From Takakia lepidozioides (taxonomy: Eukaryota > Plantae > Bryophyta), in contig CM060734.1 of the NCBI GenBank assembly GCA_030704615.1, positions 6,696,001-6,760,000 on the forward strand: a DNA stretch of 64,000 nucleotides, in the 5' to 3' direction. The notes beneath the pieces were generated by a model that worked only from the letters and a program-made list of their open reading frames with translations, had not been told where the DNA came from and made no database searches. The position numbers and the translations under genes were made by a program. This document shows, piece after piece, positions 61,320 through 64,000 of this stretch (the first letter of the stretch is position 1; each line of letters begins with the position of its first letter).

Positions 61320-64000
61320 ACTTACCGCACTAAAACATTGTCTTGTGGCTACTGGAGTCCTAGATCGTGGGTACAAACAAGAAATTCAGATCCTGGTGGC
61401 AAACTTAGAGCCATTCCCTGTCACTATCAGACGTAGTCAAGTTCTGGCTCGCATTTCAAGGGGCTTTGGTTTGGAGGCTCTTGGGATTGGGCATGGACAG
61501 GTTGATGAGGTCATGGCCTTGGCTGCTAGTACTCCTCCACCTGCTTCCCATCTGCCTGTAGCAGATCAGACAGCTCTCAAGAAGGTTTTATCTGAAATTA
61601 ATATAGGGGAGTCTCTTTCCAAAGCTCAATGCAGAAAGGTTGAATCCTTGGTTGCTCGCAACTTAGACATCTTCAGCTTAGGGCCCTCTGATTTGGGTAA
61701 GACTACTATCCTGGAGCATGATATTATTACCGAGGGGGCACCTGTCAAACAATTTGCATATCGAGAAAGTGTCAAGGAAAGGTCAATAGTATGTGAGGAG
61801 ATTCATAAGATGTTAGATGTTGGTGTCATTAAACCTTCAGTTTCACCATGTGCTAGTCCCATAGTTCTGGTAGGGAAGAAAGATGGGAGTACACGTTTCT
61901 GTGTTGACTTCAGAAAGTTAAATGAGATTACTAAAAAGGATGCTTACCCCTTGCCTAGAGTTAATGAAATATTAGACATGCTGCATGGAGCCACTGTTTT
62001 CTCCTCCCTAGACCTTGCTTCGGGCTTCTGGCAAGTGCCCCTCACTGAGACAGCCAAAGAGAAAACCTCCTTTGTTTGTAGGATGGGTAAGTATCAGTAT
62101 GAGAGTATGCCCTTTGGGCTTTGCAATGCAACCTCCACATTCCAGCGGTTGATGGACATTGTCCTTGGCAACCTCAGGTGGGAATGTGCTTTAATTTACA
62201 TAGATAATATTAATGTTTATTCTGCTAGCTTTGAGGCTCATCTGCTGCATCTTCAGAGGGTGTTCAGCAAGCTTAGGACTGCAAGATTAAAGGTTAAACC
62301 AAAGAAATGTGAGCTTTGCATGCCTGAGTTGCATTTTCTTGGTCATGTGCTGACTAAGGATGGCCTGCTGCCTGATCGTGCTAAGATTGAGGCTGTTTGG
62401 GGGTTTCTTGTCCCTAGGGATAAACATTTGTCAAATCATTCCTGGGACTTGCTTCCTATTACAGGCAATTTATTAAGGACTTTGCCAAGCTCGCTCATCC
62501 CCTCACCGAGCTGTTACTTAAGGAGGCCCGATTTGAGTGGAGCAAGCTGCAACAAGCAGCCTTTGATAGGGTAAAAGTGGCCCTCACCTCTGCCCCTATT
62601 CCCATCTTTCCTGATTTTCTGCTTCTTTTCAAATTGCAAACTGATGCATCTGATGTTGCTATTTCTGCAATCCTGTGTCAAGTCATAGATAGCAAAGAAC
62701 ACGCCATAGCTTATGTTTCTCGTAGACTTGACAAACATGAAAGGAACTATTCAATTTCTGATGAGGAGGGATTGGCTTTAGTTTTTGGAGTTAAGCATTT
62801 CCGCCAATATTTGCATGCAAATTTACTGTTGAAACTGATCATCTACCGTTAAAAGCTCTTGTTAAACCTCGAGAATTATATGGGAGACTTTCTCGGTGGG
62901 CTATGTATTTGCAGGCCTTTGACATGGATATAGTGTACAAGAAGGGTAAAGAGAACAGCAATGCTGATGCTCTTACACGCACTGATCCACCAACCAGCAG
63001 GCCATATGTTTCCCTAGATGATTTGGCTATTTCTGATTCTCAATCTGCAACAGCTCCTGATCTTGTTTATAATTTGCTTTGTGCAGATCAATCTTCTCTT
63101 GTTGCTGATATTCGTGAATTGACTGCTACTTAGGGATGGTCAAGCCTTCTTGATGGCTTTGGTTGATTCTAGTTGTGCTAGTAGGGACAGTGGATCTGAT
63201 GTATAGAAGCTTGGGGTGGTGTCTGATTTCTCATTTCTGCATAAGTCTTGTTGCTTCCTTTCTTGTAAAAGTTTGTTGAGTCCAACTGCTGTATTCCGGC
63301 ATGGCTTAGGCAGGAACTTAAGGCCTAATCAGGCTGCTCACGAGTTGTTTCAAATGAGGTGGGGAAAGAGTGGTTGGAGATAACTTGAGGCAGACACTCA
63401 TGTCCACCCCTGCTAAACCCATTGGACCATACTTCTGTGCAGACCTGCCATGGATGATTCACTGCACGCAGTGCTACTCCAGCAGTGTCTTACCGGACGC
63501 ACGCCAGCAACACTTCCTGATAACCTGAAGAAGTAGGTGTTGTATCACATCAGCACGCATCGTTGTATGAACAAAATGTTGTTCAAAGCGTGTACTAGGG
63601 AAGGAATTGTTTGCTATTTGGAGGTGCCACCATGGAGCCAGCTGACCTCTTTATTGGAGCGGTTTCATTCTTCGTTGTATGCCGGGCACCTGGGCATTAA
63701 GAAAACCATAGTTCCCATTCAGGAAGTTTACTATTGGAAATGCATACAACGTGATGTGACTGATTTTGTCTCGAAGTGTGAGGCATGTCGTGCTAATGTG
63801 CCTCTTCCTCAGGTTGGAGTTGTCTATCAATTACAGCCCTTGCCTGTCACTCATGCCTTTGCTCGTGTAGGCATAGACTTGGTGGGACCCCTCAAGCTCA
63901 CGTCAAAGGGACATAGCTACCTCTGTGTAGCTACAGATTACTTGACCAAGTGGGTGGAAGTCCGTCCTCTTTACACCAAGGATTCGGATTCCGTGGCTCA
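61320..64000 (+). mobile_element. Gypsy pol fragment: dUTPase-like segment - RT - RNase H - integrase (runs off window)
   Basis: GVLDRGYKQEIQILVAN; RFCVDFRKLN, LDLASGFWQ, MPFGLCNA, YIDNI; LQTDASD; HSSLYAGHLG..CEAC; VGIDLVGP..TDYLTKWVE. Confidence 0.92.

Noticed and set aside
5368-61321. One giant element bounded by the two 327-bp LTRs
   Set aside because: The outer flanks (gtctc, gagac) are reverse complements, not a direct TSD, and the RT/RNH region is present twice.

Overview
Eukaryotic, TE-saturated window, almost certainly from a land plant. PLS-class PPR genes with E/E+/DYW remnants, GT-AG introns and an iMet-primed chromovirus support this; the lineage is probably non-seed, but that is inference. 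Nearly everything is decayed and rearranged. Two unrelated mobile-element families each carry their own DNA methyltransferase. (1) A Ty3/Gypsy LTR retrotransposon, in two copies (~117-8148, scrambled by two inversions; ~52470-58567, minus strand). Its polyprotein reads Gag(2xCCHC)-protease-[DNMT3-like C5-cytosine methyltransferase with motifs I, IV, VI, VIII, IX, X]-RT-RNaseH-integrase-[PHD finger]. (2) A Mutator/MULE-like DNA transposon, in two divergent copies (~18600-25820; ~37926-42130). Its GCM/WRKY-like Zn-domain DDE transposase lies head-to-head with an intron-containing beta-class N4C/N6A-type methyltransferase-like gene (DIPD instead of DPPY). It is associated with palindromic repeat arrays and an unknown 188-aa gene family (three copies). 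Also present: an LTR-bounded chromovirus with a GTGCG TSD (8240-16283) carrying a foreign 2.1-kb filler, a LINE fragment, a scrambled PLS-PPR pseudogene array, a hAT transposase pseudogene, GCGACCGCC hairpin arrays flanking a ~120-bp satellite, and three more Gypsy pol fragments, one with a dUTPase-like segment. Coordinates of decayed features are approximate and read by eye.
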